A stretch of DNA of 60,688 nucleotides, the filler included, from Asterionella formosa (lineage: Eukaryota), in the NCBI GenBank assembly GCA_002256025.1. It is 4 parts of 4 records of this genome, joined end to end, with 100 filler letters (N's around TTAATTAATTAA, not from the genome) between each part and the next. Parts side by side here need not be neighbours in the genome. Positions count along the whole stretch, not along the records: positions 45,614 to 60,688 come from NKIB01005607.1; 3 more parts are not named here. One strand, written 5' to 3'. How positions within the stretch are numbered: the stretch's first letter is position 1; every line of letters starts with the position of its first letter. The notes beneath the pieces are model-generated. The model was not told where the DNA came from. It did no database searches and saw only the letters and a program-made list of their open reading frames with translations. Both the position numbers and the translations under genes were made by a program. Below are positions 60,605 through 60,688 of the stretch, one piece after another.

Positions 60605-60688
60605 TCAATCGCTTGCAATGTAACCAACCGCATTCCAAGTGTTCAAAATTGTTGATTGTGCCACCCTCAGCCAAGCTGTCCAAACCCA
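60605..60688 (-). CDS. C-terminal tail of a pogo/DDE_1-type transposase (partial)
   Basis: Reads WVWTAWLRVAQSTILNTWNAVGYIASD*, matching the W..AW..V...TI.N.W...G ending of pogo/CENP-B-like transposases. Confidence 0.7.
   Translation of the reverse strand, partial: WVWTAWLRVAQSTILNTWNAVGYIASD

Larger units (their letters stand above)
59685..60688. mobile_element. One end of a pogo/Tc2-like DNA transposon extending beyond the window
   Basis: TA + CCGTATACTTCATTGTCCTGGACCCCCC, the same TIR family as 7139/8981. Contains a 136-aa ORF and the tail of a convergent DDE_1-like transposase. Confidence 0.82.

Overview
Eukaryotic nuclear scaffold, very probably a diatom. This is inferred from short GT-AG introns, a CoDi-like Ty1/copia element and diatom-style secreted proteins. 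There are four assembly gaps, three of them with a TTAATTAATTAA linker. Host genes: a 4-exon membrane-anchored GH81 beta-1,3-glucanase homolog whose catalytic ExxxE motif is broken (1069-4438); an intronless bacterial-type HExxH zinc metallopeptidase (25174-26457); a low-complexity hypothetical protein (28636-29244, -); a cytochrome b5-fused front-end desaturase with a long hydrophobic N-extension (30849-32846); a secreted CAP59/GT69-like glycosyltransferase-sulfotransferase fusion (34700-37534) with a tandem paralog truncated by a gap (44854-45513); Rab GDI (54716-56353); and VPS52 (56994-59207, -). Most of the remaining sequence is transposon debris: nested pogo/Tc2-like and TTAA-flanked Kolobok-like elements, scrambled Plavaka/CACTA-like copies, a MULE relic, a MITE, a degenerate copia element carrying a tRNA-derived SINE-like insertion, and a pogo-like element with an intact HIRAN-like accessory ORF at the right edge. 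The most interesting candidates are the GT-sulfotransferase fusion with its RxL/N-glycan linker, the SINE-like insertion, the pogo accessory ORF and the probable GH81 pseudoenzyme. All family assignments come from motif recognition by eye; no searches were run.
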